A model generated the notes under the pieces. That model had not been told where the DNA came from. It made no database searches and saw only the letters and a list, made by a program, of their open reading frames with translations. From a virus, in UHGV virus genome UHGV-0186982: 23,918 bases of DNA. One strand, written 5' to 3'. The translations under genes and the position numbers were made by a program. Below, in pieces: positions 16,126 through 23,918 of the stretch (position 1 is the first letter of the stretch; every line of letters starts with the position of its first letter).

Positions 16126-17172
16126 ATGAGAAACTCCACCCGCAGGCACTTTGACGGCTACGTTGCCCGTCAGGCGCAGCTGAACGGCGTCACCGCCGCC
16201 GCCGTCGCGGCGCAATTCAGCGTTGATCCGACCGTGCAGCAGCGCCTTGAGGCCGCAGCGCAGCAGGATGATGCTTTCCTGAAACTGATCAACGTCTTTG
16301 GCGTTGAAGAGCAGATCGGGCAGAAAATCCTGATCGGCAGCAAAGGCCCGCTGGCGGGCGTCAACAACAGCACCACCAACCGTCGCAATCCCGGCGCTAA
16401 CGACCAGATGGACGCGTACAACTATCTGTGCCGTAAAACCAACTACGACTACGCCGTAAGCTATGCGCAGATGGATGCGTGGGCGCATCAGCCGAACTTC
16501 CAGCCGCTGATTAGCTCGGCGATGGCCCGTCAGATGTCGCTCGACCGCATCATGATCGGCTTTAACGGTACCAGCTACGCCGACCCGTCAGACCGCGCAG
16601 CGAATCCGCTGTTGCAGGATTGTGGTATTGGCTGGCTGCAAAAAATCCGCAACGAAGCGGCGCACCGTCGCATTACCGGTGTGACGATCACTTCGCGCAA
16701 CCAGAACAACGCCATTGTCGCCGAGGGCACCTACGGCAACGTAGCGGCTGCGGTCTATGACGCCAAAAACAGCCTCATGGATGAATGGCATAAGCGCAAC
16801 CCTGACAACGTGGTGATTTTGTCCGGTGATCTGCTGACAACCAGCAATTTCCCGACCATCAACGCCATGAGCCAGACCAACCCGAACACCGAAATGCTGG
16901 CCGGTCAGCTGATTGTGGCGCAGGAACGCGTAGGCAACATGCCGACCTTTATCGCGCCTTACATGCCGGGTAACGCCATCCTCATCACGCCGTTTAAAAA
17001 CCTTTCGATCTACTACCAGCGCGGCGGTCTGCGCCGGACGATCAAAGAGGAGCCGGAATACAACCGCGTGGCAACGTACCAGTCCTCGAACGATGACTTC
17101 ATCGTGGAAGACTACGGCGCAGTGGCCTTTATCGACGGCATCACCTTTGCCGAAGCACCGGGCGGCGAGTAA
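16126..17172 (+). CDS. N: Major capsid protein, P2 gpN family
   Basis: 348 aa; AELNGVTAAAVAAQFSVDPTVQQ...GWLQKIRNEA...NLSIYYQRGG matches P2 gpN blocks; SD gagaga. Confidence 0.9.
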   Translation: MRNSTRRHFDGYVARQAQLNGVTAAAVAAQFSVDPTVQQRLEAAAQQDDAFLKLINVFGVEEQIGQKILIGSKGPLAGVNNSTTNRRNPGANDQMDAYNYLCRKTNYDYAVSYAQMDAWAHQPNFQPLISSAMARQMSLDRIMIGFNGTSYADPSDRAANPLLQDCGIGWLQKIRNEAAHRRITGVTITSRNQNNAIVAEGTYGNVAAAVYDAKNSLMDEWHKRNPDNVVILSGDLLTTSNFPTINAMSQTNPNTEMLAGQLIVAQERVGNMPTFIAPYMPGNAILITPFKNLSIYYQRGGLRRTIKEEPEYNRVATYQSSNDDFIVEDYGAVAFIDGITFAEAPGGE

Positions 17173-17218
17173 CCGCGCACTGGCGGGCTTCGGCCCGCCG
17201 TCAATCGGGGAATAAACA

Positions 17219-18133
17219 ATGCTGACACCGGCACAAAAACATTTTCAGAGGGTCATGGCCGAGCGTCATGGCAAAACAGACGAGCAGTCCGATACCGCGC
17301 GGACGGCGCACGAGCAGATCATGCATCGGCTACGCATGGATCAGAGTGCATTAAAGCGAGTGCAGTCTGACCAGGCGAAAGCGGCGATGAAACGCCAGTT
17401 GCTGCCGCATTACGAGGGCTGGATCGAGGGCACGCTCGACGGCGACAGCGGCCGACAGGATGAGGTGATCGTCACCCTGATGGTGTGGGCGATCGATGCC
17501 GGTGATTACGCGCTGGCCGCCCGCATTGGTCGCTATGTCGTCACGCATGGTCTGCTGATGCCCGACCGCTTCAACCGTACCGCCGCAACCGTTCTGGTCG
17601 ATGAGATTTGCGATCCGATACTGGTGCAGGTCAAGGCAGACGATACCACCGACGTCACACCGTATCTGGCGGTGCTCGATGAGGTCGCGGACTTTACCGC
17701 AGGCAGCGATATGCCCGACGTGGTTCGCGCCAAGCTGTGCAAAGCACGAGCCTTTGCGCTGCGTAACGGCACAACCGAAGAGCAGACCACCGCGCTGGCA
17801 CTGTTGCGCCAGGCGCTGACGCTGGATGCGGGCGCCGGGGTGAAAAAAGAGATTGAGCGACTGGCCCGCGTGGTTAAGAAAGCGGCTGCACAGACAGGTA
17901 CTGACGGTACCGATAGCACCGATGGTTCAGATGGCGGAAAAGGCACCGAAGGCGCTGGCGATGCTGGCGGCGATACCGCAGCGGACGGCGCAGGTGCAGG
18001 CGAAGCTGCAGCATCGTCAGATCCGGTGGTAGCGGACAGCGCCACAGCGACCAAAACCACCCGCAAAAGCCCAACCCGTAAACCGGCAGCGCGCAAAACA
18101 ACAGCGAAAAAAACGCCTGCCGCCAAAAAATAA
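17219..18133 (+). CDS. M: Terminase small/endonuclease subunit, P2 gpM family, with a low-complexity basic C-terminal tail
   Basis: MLTPAQKHFQRVMAER...RQLLPHYEGWIEGTLDGDSGRQDEV...AGVKKEIERL parallels P2 gpM; last 80 aa are Gly/Asp/Thr-rich then KTPAAKK-type basic. Confidence 0.85.
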   Translation: MLTPAQKHFQRVMAERHGKTDEQSDTARTAHEQIMHRLRMDQSALKRVQSDQAKAAMKRQLLPHYEGWIEGTLDGDSGRQDEVIVTLMVWAIDAGDYALAARIGRYVVTHGLLMPDRFNRTAATVLVDEICDPILVQVKADDTTDVTPYLAVLDEVADFTAGSDMPDVVRAKLCKARAFALRNGTTEEQTTALALLRQALTLDAGAGVKKEIERLARVVKKAAAQTGTDGTDSTDGSDGGKGTEGAGDAGGDTAADGAGAGEAAASSDPVVADSATATKTTRKSPTRKPAARKTTAKKTPAAKK

Positions 18134-18235
18134 CCGACTTGCGCCCCGTGCGCTGGCGGCGCGGGCGGAGATCTGCAACGCATTGCGTTTACTTTTCTCC
18201 GTCCGCTCACCGCCACCTATTCAGGAGACGACGCG

Positions 18236-18733
18236 ATGAGCCTTGTAGCCGGTCGCACTGTTACTCCCTCTTCGGAGGATGTGCCGGACACTGACGACGG
18301 TGGCGAGAAAGTCACTGCCGGGAGTTTCTGGCCGGAAATCGCCCTGAGCGATGTGCGCATGGAGATGCGTATCAATGGCGCGGTGACCACCTCGCGCCTG
18401 AAGCAAGCCGTTATTGAGGGGGTATCCCACACCCTCGATCAACTGGCTGACTGGCAGGCCGTCCAGCTGGCAGCGGGTTACACCCAACTGGCCGACGTCC
18501 CGGCGGTCGAGGTGAACGGCGAAAGCGTGAAGGTTCATCGCTACCGCCGTGCGGTATTCAGCATCGCTCGCGCGCATATCCTCGGCACTAACCGGGACGT
18601 GGACACCACCGGTGACGCGGGCGAGAAACGCGCCGTCGCGCTGGCTTCACAGGCCGATGATATGTGGCGCGATGCGCGCTGGGCTATCTCCGACATTCGC
18701 GGCACCGTGCGCAATACAGCGGAGGCGTTCTGA
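18236..18733 (+). CDS. L: Head completion/stabilisation protein, gpL position
   Basis: 165 aa between M and X; SD aggaga; stop overlaps the X start (TGATG). Confidence 0.75.
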   Translation: MSLVAGRTVTPSSEDVPDTDDGGEKVTAGSFWPEIALSDVRMEMRINGAVTTSRLKQAVIEGVSHTLDQLADWQAVQLAAGYTQLADVPAVEVNGESVKVHRYRRAVFSIARAHILGTNRDVDTTGDAGEKRAVALASQADDMWRDARWAISDIRGTVRNTAEAF

Positions 18734-18933
18734 TGAAAGTCAAAGCATTGCAGGGCGACACGGTAGATCTGTTATGTCAGCGGCACTACGGCACCACGCA
18801 GGGCGTGACTGAGGCAGTGCTCGCCGCTAACAAAGCGCTGGCCGGTCAGATCTTTCTCGACGCCGGCCAGGTGGTGGAGCTGCCGGAAATCAGCGCCACC
18901 GCGACACAGGAGACCGTGCAGCTATGGACTTAA
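18733..18933 (+). CDS. X: Tail protein X, P2 gpX family
   Basis: 67 aa MKVKALQGDTVDLLCQRHYG...; size and position match P2 gpX. Confidence 0.8.
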   Translation: MKVKALQGDTVDLLCQRHYGTTQGVTEAVLAANKALAGQIFLDAGQVVELPEISATATQETVQLWT

Positions 18934-19205
18934 TCAACCGCATCTGGAATGGCGTGACGTACTCCTGGTCAACGCTGCTGACCAGCATCGGCGTGATGAC
19001 GCAAAAGGACTGGCTGGCCGCCATCGGCGTGCTGATCGGTATCGCTGCCGCCGTGTTCGGTGAGCTGCATCGTCGTCGCATGGCGCGCATTCAGGAGACT
19101 AACAACACGTTGCTGAACGAACTGATCGACGCCATCCGCGACGACACCGAGAACCGCCAGGACGTGAAAGAGCTTATCCGCAGCATCCGGGGAGCGCAGC
19201 GATGA
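18924..19205 (+). CDS. Putative holin (possibly pinholin, given the SAR endolysin)
   Basis: 93 aa with hydrophobic segment WLAAIGVLIGIAAAVFG and charged C-terminus; sits directly before the endolysin. Confidence 0.6.
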   Translation: MDLINRIWNGVTYSWSTLLTSIGVMTQKDWLAAIGVLIGIAAAVFGELHRRRMARIQETNNTLLNELIDAIRDDTENRQDVKELIRSIRGAQR

Positions 19206-19753
19206 AAAAACGCATTATTGCCTGCTCAACCGCCGCGATCATCTCGCTGGCCGCCACGCTGTGGCCGCAGGCGCTGCGAACCAGCCCGGAAGCACAGCAG
19301 AAGATGGCGAAGTACGAGGACTGTCGCAAAACCCCGTACTACTGCCCGGCGGGCGTGCTGACGGTGGGGATCGGCTCCACCTCAAAGGTGGAAAATCGCC
19401 AGTACGCCGAGGGTGAGATCGCCGAGCGCTGGGTTAACGATTTAATGCGTGCCGAAAAATGTACCAACCGTGAGTTTAACGGCGCCGCTGCACCGCAGAA
19501 GGTTTTTGAAAGCATGACTGACGCTAATTTTAACGTCGGCTGCACCGGTCTGGGTTGGTACACCAACAGCAAGAGCCAGAAGGTGCGAACCACTCTCTGG
19601 CGCCACGCGCAGGCCGGTAACTGGCGGGGTGTCTGTGACCGACTGACGGACTTTGTGAACTCCAGCGGCAAGCGATCGCAAGGACTGGTTAACCGCCGGG
19701 AAGATTTCCAGGCGTGGTGCCTGTCTGATCCGGCGCTGAAGGGGGCGAAATGA
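19202..19753 (+). CDS. SAR endolysin (T4-lysozyme-like muramidase with N-terminal signal-anchor-release domain)
   Basis: N-terminal hydrophobic IIACSTAAIISLAATLW; catalytic E-x8-C-x5-T in YEDCRKTPYYCPAGVLT, the E-8-D/C-5-T triad of SAR lysozymes. Confidence 0.85.
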   Translation: MKKRIIACSTAAIISLAATLWPQALRTSPEAQQKMAKYEDCRKTPYYCPAGVLTVGIGSTSKVENRQYAEGEIAERWVNDLMRAEKCTNREFNGAAAPQKVFESMTDANFNVGCTGLGWYTNSKSQKVRTTLWRHAQAGNWRGVCDRLTDFVNSSGKRSQGLVNRREDFQAWCLSDPALKGAK

Positions 19754-20145
19754 AAGCGATAGCTATTCTTGCCATCGTGATGTTTGCCCTGCTGATTGCC
19801 GCCGTCAGCGGCCTTGCGTGGCAAAGCCATAAGCGCGAACAGGCAGAGAAATCACTGACCGACACCCGCAAAGAACTGAAACAGACTGGCGATGTGCTGA
19901 CCGAGGTCAGGGCACTACGCCATGACGTCAATCAGGTTGAGGCCAGGCTGAAGAAGATAAACCAGCAGCGCACCGTAACGGGAGAGCGCCGACGTGAAAA
20001 CATCAAAACCGCACTGGCCGGTAACGACTGTGCCGTTGCTCCTTTGCCTGCTGCTGGCGCTGACAGCCTGTACCAGCGAGCCGAAGAAGTCAGCGCCGCA
20101 GATTATTCAGGAGCCCTTACCCGAAAGCCTGACGGCAAAAACTGA
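19750..20145 (+). CDS. lysB: i-spanin (LysB/Rz-like)
   Basis: N-terminal transmembrane segment AIAILAIVMFALLIAAVSGLA followed by charged, coiled-coil-like sequence; immediately after the endolysin. Confidence 0.75.
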   Translation: MKAIAILAIVMFALLIAAVSGLAWQSHKREQAEKSLTDTRKELKQTGDVLTEVRALRHDVNQVEARLKKINQQRTVTGERRRENIKTALAGNDCAVAPLPAAGADSLYQRAEEVSAADYSGALTRKPDGKN

Positions 20146-20293
20146 CGTCCCGCCGCCGCCGGCCAGGCCGATGACGTGGGGCGGGCTGGCTGTCTGGACG
20201 GATTCATTACTTGACGCGCTGGATACCTGTAACGCCGATAAGGCGGGGATCCGTGAGCTGGAACTACGGCGTATCGCCAGGGGGATAAAGTGA
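19994..20293 (+). CDS. lysC: o-spanin lipoprotein (LysC/Rz1-like), starting inside lysB in another frame
   Basis: Lipobox LLALTAC then Pro-rich PPPPARP; starts inside lysB out of frame, ends by overlapping the R start; true start may be GTG 19994 or GTG 20030. Confidence 0.7.
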   Translation: MKTSKPHWPVTTVPLLLCLLLALTACTSEPKKSAPQIIQEPLPESLTAKTDVPPPPARPMTWGGLAVWTDSLLDALDTCNADKAGIRELELRRIARGIK

Positions 20294-20748
20294 AAAAAGC
20301 TGAACTGCTGCGTGCCGCGCTGATCGCCGGTAACACCTGGTGCAAAGCCAACCCGGAACAAATCACGGTCTGGGTGGAGAAGGGCCATATCCAGATCGAA
20401 GCGACCGGCGAAGCGTCGTTCATGTACCACTACACCATTCAGGTGCTGGCGATGGATTTTCCCGGCCAGATTGATGATCTCATGCTGCCGCTACTGGCGT
20501 GGGTATGGCAGCAGCAGCCCGATCTGCTGCTGAATCCCGACAATAACCGCAAGGTGGAGTTTGACGCCGATATCGTCAATGACGACGTCGCCGACATTCT
20601 GTTTAAGGTGCCTGCCTGGGAGCGCGTGATAGTGGAAATCGTGGACGGAAAACCCGTCGCGAAACATCTGGCGGAGTCGCGTCCGCGCTTTAACGGTGGC
20701 GAGTGGGAGATGGTCTTTGATCCGGAGTCCGGGGGCGCGCTGGTATGA
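20290..20748 (+). CDS. R: Tail completion protein R
   Basis: 152 aa, GTG start; P2 synteny after the lysis genes. Confidence 0.8.
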   Translation: MKKAELLRAALIAGNTWCKANPEQITVWVEKGHIQIEATGEASFMYHYTIQVLAMDFPGQIDDLMLPLLAWVWQQQPDLLLNPDNNRKVEFDADIVNDDVADILFKVPAWERVIVEIVDGKPVAKHLAESRPRFNGGEWEMVFDPESGGALV

Positions 20749-21386
20749 GCAATAACGACGCGTTGTTTCAGCAGCTTGACGAGGTGTTTGCGACCATCCT
20801 GGCGGGCATGTCTCCGGCCGGGCGCCAGCGTACCGCCCGCAGTATCGGAACCACACTGCGCCGGAGCCAAAGCCAGCGTATCGGCAGGCAAGAGGCGCCG
20901 GACGGGGCGAAGTACCCGCAACGCAAACAGCGGATACTGCGTGCGCAGGCGGGCATGCGTTTTATCTGGCAGGGGGAAACCCGCCAGTTGCGCAACTGGC
21001 GGGCCACTCGCGGACGCCACGGGCGCATGCTGACCGGCTTTGATATCGACAGAGGGGATATGCGCTCGTTTTATCGCGAAGATATTGAACGCTACCTCGA
21101 TATCAGCTTCAGACCAGCCAGCCGGAATACGACCAAACGAGAGCAGATGTTTCGCCGTCTGCGTACCGCTCGTTTTCTTAAAACCAGCGCCACGCCTGAC
21201 GGTGTTGAGGTGGGGTATTCCGGCGTGGCTGCGCGTATTGCCCGCATCCATCAGTTCGGCCTGCGCGATAAAGTCAACGACAGCGGCGCGATGGCGACGT
21301 ATCCCCGCCGCGAACTGCTGGGCCTGAGTAAGGCCGACCGCATGGCGATAGCCCGTCAGGTGATCGACTCGCTGGGGGTGCGCTGA
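20745..21386 (+). CDS. S: Tail completion / virion morphogenesis protein S
   Basis: 213 aa Arg-rich protein; ATGA-type overlaps with R and V; P2 synteny. Confidence 0.8.
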   Translation: MSNNDALFQQLDEVFATILAGMSPAGRQRTARSIGTTLRRSQSQRIGRQEAPDGAKYPQRKQRILRAQAGMRFIWQGETRQLRNWRATRGRHGRMLTGFDIDRGDMRSFYREDIERYLDISFRPASRNTTKREQMFRRLRTARFLKTSATPDGVEVGYSGVAARIARIHQFGLRDKVNDSGAMATYPRRELLGLSKADRMAIARQVIDSLGVR

Positions 21387-21964
21387 TGGATCTTGCTGAG
21401 TTGATTCGCCTGCTGGAGAACATTGTGCGAACCGGCACGGTGACGGAGATCGACGAGGGCAAATGGCGCGTTCGCGTGCAAAGCGGTGAACTGGAAACCA
21501 CCTGGCTGCGCTGGAACGCACAGCGCGCCGGTGCGTTTAAAGTATGGGTGCCGCCGTCCATCGGCGAGCAGGTCTGGTTCCTGTGCCTGGGTGGCAATAC
21601 CGACGTCGCCTTTATCGGCGGCAGCCTGTACAGCGACGACAACCCGGCACCAGGCGCGTCGCGCAACGAGATGGTGGTGACGGCGCCGGACGGCGCAAAG
21701 TTCTGCTATGACGCGGAGGCGGGCGCATTGCAGGTGAAGGGCATTAAATCCGCCGTGGTTGAGACATCAGTCAAAATTACGCTGGATACGCCGGAAGTGG
21801 AGTGCACCAACCTGCTGACCACCAAAAAGCTGAACGTCACAGACGGCGGTGAGATGCGCGGTGATATCACCCACAGAGGCGGCTCACTCTCTTCTAACGG
21901 CAAGGTGCTCCACTCCCATAAACACCCTGGCGACAGCGGTGGGCAGACGGGGGAGCCACTATGA
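21386..21964 (+). CDS. V: Baseplate spike/assembly protein V
   Basis: 192 aa; MDLAELIRLLENIVRTGTVTEIDEGKWRVRVQSGELETTWLRW resembles the gpV N-terminal OB-fold region. Confidence 0.85.
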   Translation: MDLAELIRLLENIVRTGTVTEIDEGKWRVRVQSGELETTWLRWNAQRAGAFKVWVPPSIGEQVWFLCLGGNTDVAFIGGSLYSDDNPAPGASRNEMVVTAPDGAKFCYDAEAGALQVKGIKSAVVETSVKITLDTPEVECTNLLTTKKLNVTDGGEMRGDITHRGGSLSSNGKVLHSHKHPGDSGGQTGEPL

Positions 21965-22329
21965 CAGAGCGCTATCGCGGCATGAATGCCGCAGGCACCG
22001 GGACCCTGACCGACGAGGATCATGTGTGGCAGTCGGTTAACGACATTTTGCTGACGCCAGTCGGAAGCCGCCTGATGCGCCGAAATTACGGCTCACTGTG
22101 CCCTGACCTGATCGACAGCCCGCAAAACGACGTCACACGACTGCAACTGATGAGCGCGGCGGTGATAGCGCTGGCGGCGTGGGAGCCGCGCATTGTGCTG
22201 GATACCATCAACGTGACGTACTCCGCCAGCGGCGCCGTGACCGCCGCACTGTCCGGCATGCTGACGGAAACCATGGAAAAAAGCACCCGCGCGGTGACAT
22301 TAAGGGGCGCTAACAATGCCAACGATTGA
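21961..22329 (+). CDS. W: Baseplate protein W (gp25-like)
   Basis: 122 aa; VWQSVNDILLTPVGSRLMRRNYGS...PQND is the GPW/gp25 signature pattern. Confidence 0.85.
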   Translation: MTERYRGMNAAGTGTLTDEDHVWQSVNDILLTPVGSRLMRRNYGSLCPDLIDSPQNDVTRLQLMSAAVIALAAWEPRIVLDTINVTYSASGAVTAALSGMLTETMEKSTRAVTLRGANNAND

Positions 22330-23215
22330 CCTCTCACAATTGCCGAAGCCGACCATTATCGAAGAGCTCGACTTCGAGGCGATCCTGATTGACGTCAAAG
22401 CGCTGATGGTGGCGGCATTTCCTGCTGATCAGCAGTCAGCCGTTGCCGCTGCGCTGGGTCTGGAGTCAGAGCCACTAAACATCATCGCCCAGGCGATGGC
22501 GTACCGTGAGCTGCTTTTGCGCCAGCGCATCAATGAGGGAGTCGCGGCCTGCATGCTCAGTCATTCGACTGGCGACGATCTGGACAATATCGCGGCCAAT
22601 CTGGACACGGAGCGACTCACTATCACGGCGGCGACAGACACTACCGACGCGGTGACGGAAAGCGACGAAGCGCTTCGCCTGCGCGCACAGGCGGCATTTG
22701 AGGGCATGAGCGTCGCTGGGCCATCGGCTGCCTATGAATATTTCGCGCGCAGTGCCAGCGGAAAGGTGGCAGATGTTAAAGCATCCAGCCCGGCACCGGC
22801 GGAGGTGGTCATTGCGGTACTGTCTACAGAGGGTGACGGCACCGCATCGCCGGAGTTGCTGGCCGACGTCGCAGAAGCGGTAAACGATGAGGAAGTGCGC
22901 CCCCTGGGGGATCGGGTCACGGTGCGCAGCGCCGAGATCGTCGATTACGAAATTAACGCCACGCTCTATCTGTACCCAGGGCCGGAGTCAGAGCCGATCA
23001 TCAACGCCGCCGACGCATCGCTGCAAAAATTCCTGAAACAGAACAACAAAAAAATCAGTCGCGACGTCGCGCGCTCCGCCATTTCTGCGGCGCTGCACGT
23101 CCAGGGGGTACAGCGAGTGGTGATCAATTCACCCGTGAACGATATCAAAATCAGCGACGTTCAGGCCGCCCGTAATATCGGTTATCACATTGAAAACGGC
23201 GGAACGGATGAATAG
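22316..23215 (+). CDS. J: Baseplate assembly protein J
   Basis: 299 aa; P2 gpJ size and position. Confidence 0.85.
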   Translation: MPTIDLSQLPKPTIIEELDFEAILIDVKALMVAAFPADQQSAVAAALGLESEPLNIIAQAMAYRELLLRQRINEGVAACMLSHSTGDDLDNIAANLDTERLTITAATDTTDAVTESDEALRLRAQAAFEGMSVAGPSAAYEYFARSASGKVADVKASSPAPAEVVIAVLSTEGDGTASPELLADVAEAVNDEEVRPLGDRVTVRSAEIVDYEINATLYLYPGPESEPIINAADASLQKFLKQNNKKISRDVARSAISAALHVQGVQRVVINSPVNDIKISDVQAARNIGYHIENGGTDE

Positions 23216-23810
23216 CACGTTACTGCCGCCGTCCTCCACTGCATGGATGCGCAGCACAGAGGCCGCCACGGCGAGGCTTTCCGGGATAACCGTCGCGATA
23301 CGCACGCTGTGGACGCCGACCGCCTGCCCGGTTGATTTACTGCCGTATCTGGCCTGGGCGCTGTCTGTCGATCGCTGGGATAAAGACTGGCCGGCGGAAC
23401 GAAAAATAGCGGTTATACAGCGCTCGTACTGGCTTCACCGCCGTAAAGGCACTCGCGCAGCGGTACGGCGCGTGATCGAGGACATGGGGTTTTCTGCCAC
23501 GTTCGCCGAGTGGTTCGACGTCGGCGATCAGCCGGGAACATTCCGGCTTGAAGTGGATGTTAACGAAGTCGGGCTGACACCAAAGACCCTGGATGAATTA
23601 AACCGCCTGATTGGTGACGCAAAGCCAGTCAGCAGGCATCTGGCGCAATTAACCATCGCGACCAGTTCAAAAGGTACGGCATGGACAGGCGCCGCTCTAT
23701 GCGACGGCGAAATTATTACCGTTTATCCGGCTGGGTATCAGCCGGACGAAAGCATTCACTATGACGGCATAGCGTATTACAACGATAACTATCATTACTC
23801 AGGGGATTAA
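23208..23810 (+). CDS. I: Tail/baseplate protein I
   Basis: ATG at 23208 overlaps the J stop (the track begins at upstream TTG 23190); P2 synteny. Confidence 0.8.
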   Translation: MNSTLLPPSSTAWMRSTEAATARLSGITVAIRTLWTPTACPVDLLPYLAWALSVDRWDKDWPAERKIAVIQRSYWLHRRKGTRAAVRRVIEDMGFSATFAEWFDVGDQPGTFRLEVDVNEVGLTPKTLDELNRLIGDAKPVSRHLAQLTIATSSKGTAWTGAALCDGEIITVYPAGYQPDESIHYDGIAYYNDNYHYSGD

Positions 23811-23815
23811 CTGAA

Positions 23816-23918
23816 ATGCCTTCAATCACTGAAAATTCACAATGGGAAAATATTATTCCCTTAATTACCCGCGCGGATAAAGTAGAGGGCGGAAGTGCGG
23901 GCCTGATTAATGTCCAGA
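23816..23918 (+). CDS. H: Tail fibre protein H, N-terminal fragment (truncated by window end)
   Basis: MPSITENSQWENIIPLITRADKVEGGSAGLINVQ starts 5 nt after the I stop; P2 gpH position. Confidence 0.7.
   Translation, partial: MPSITENSQWENIIPLITRADKVEGGSAGLINVQ

Larger units (their letters stand above)
178..23918. mobile_element. P2-like prophage (int through tail fibre H), continuing past the window end
   Basis: P2-type synteny throughout; integrase next to a tRNA 3' end; recognisable capsid, terminase, portal and baseplate proteins; P2-like cos sequence. Confidence 0.85.

Noticed and set aside
15808-16488. 226-aa minus-strand ORF antisense to scaffold O and capsid N
   Set aside because: Antisense to two conserved structural genes; low-complexity Val/Ala/Gly-rich translation; GC-rich frame artefact.
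17533-18216. 227-aa minus-strand ORF antisense to terminase subunit M
   Set aside because: Antisense to gpM; the translation is Ala/Ser/Pro-rich low complexity, mirroring the sense-strand repeat region.
20439-21521. 360-aa minus-strand ORF spanning R, S and V
   Set aside because: Antisense across three tightly coupled tail genes; Arg/Ala/Ser-rich composition; no start context; the nested 20491..20856 and 20768..21028 ORFs are rejected for the same reason.
1-23918. CRISPR arrays, IS elements or toxin-antitoxin pairs
   Set aside because: No regularly spaced direct repeats, no transposase-like ORF or terminal inverted repeats, and no obvious small two-gene toxin-antitoxin pair found on reading both strands.

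Overview
This window is the left arm and structural core of a P2-like (Peduovirus-type) temperate prophage lying directly downstream of a host tRNA-Cys/tRNA-Leu pair. Gene order is P2-canonical: integrase, immunity repressor, divergent early operon (small regulators, 3'-5' exonuclease, Dam methylase, C5 methylase, replication initiator A), cos, portal Q and terminase P on the minus strand, then O-N-M-L-X, a lysis cassette and tail/baseplate genes R-S-V-W-J-I with the start of tail fibre H. Two AT-rich islands break the otherwise GC-rich backbone and each holds an ORF I cannot place. The first (1306..2502) is a 398-aa protein with a BRCT-like central domain inserted between the repressor and integrase, so it should be expressed in the lysogen; this is my best candidate for an undescribed superinfection-defence function. 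The second (11584..11937) is a 117-aa ORF at the position P2 uses for tin/old, next to cos. The element also carries three DNA methyltransferases with no partner nuclease, and the C5 methylase has its conserved motifs split across two reading frames. All calls rest on reading the translations and sequence by eye; no database search or structure prediction was run.
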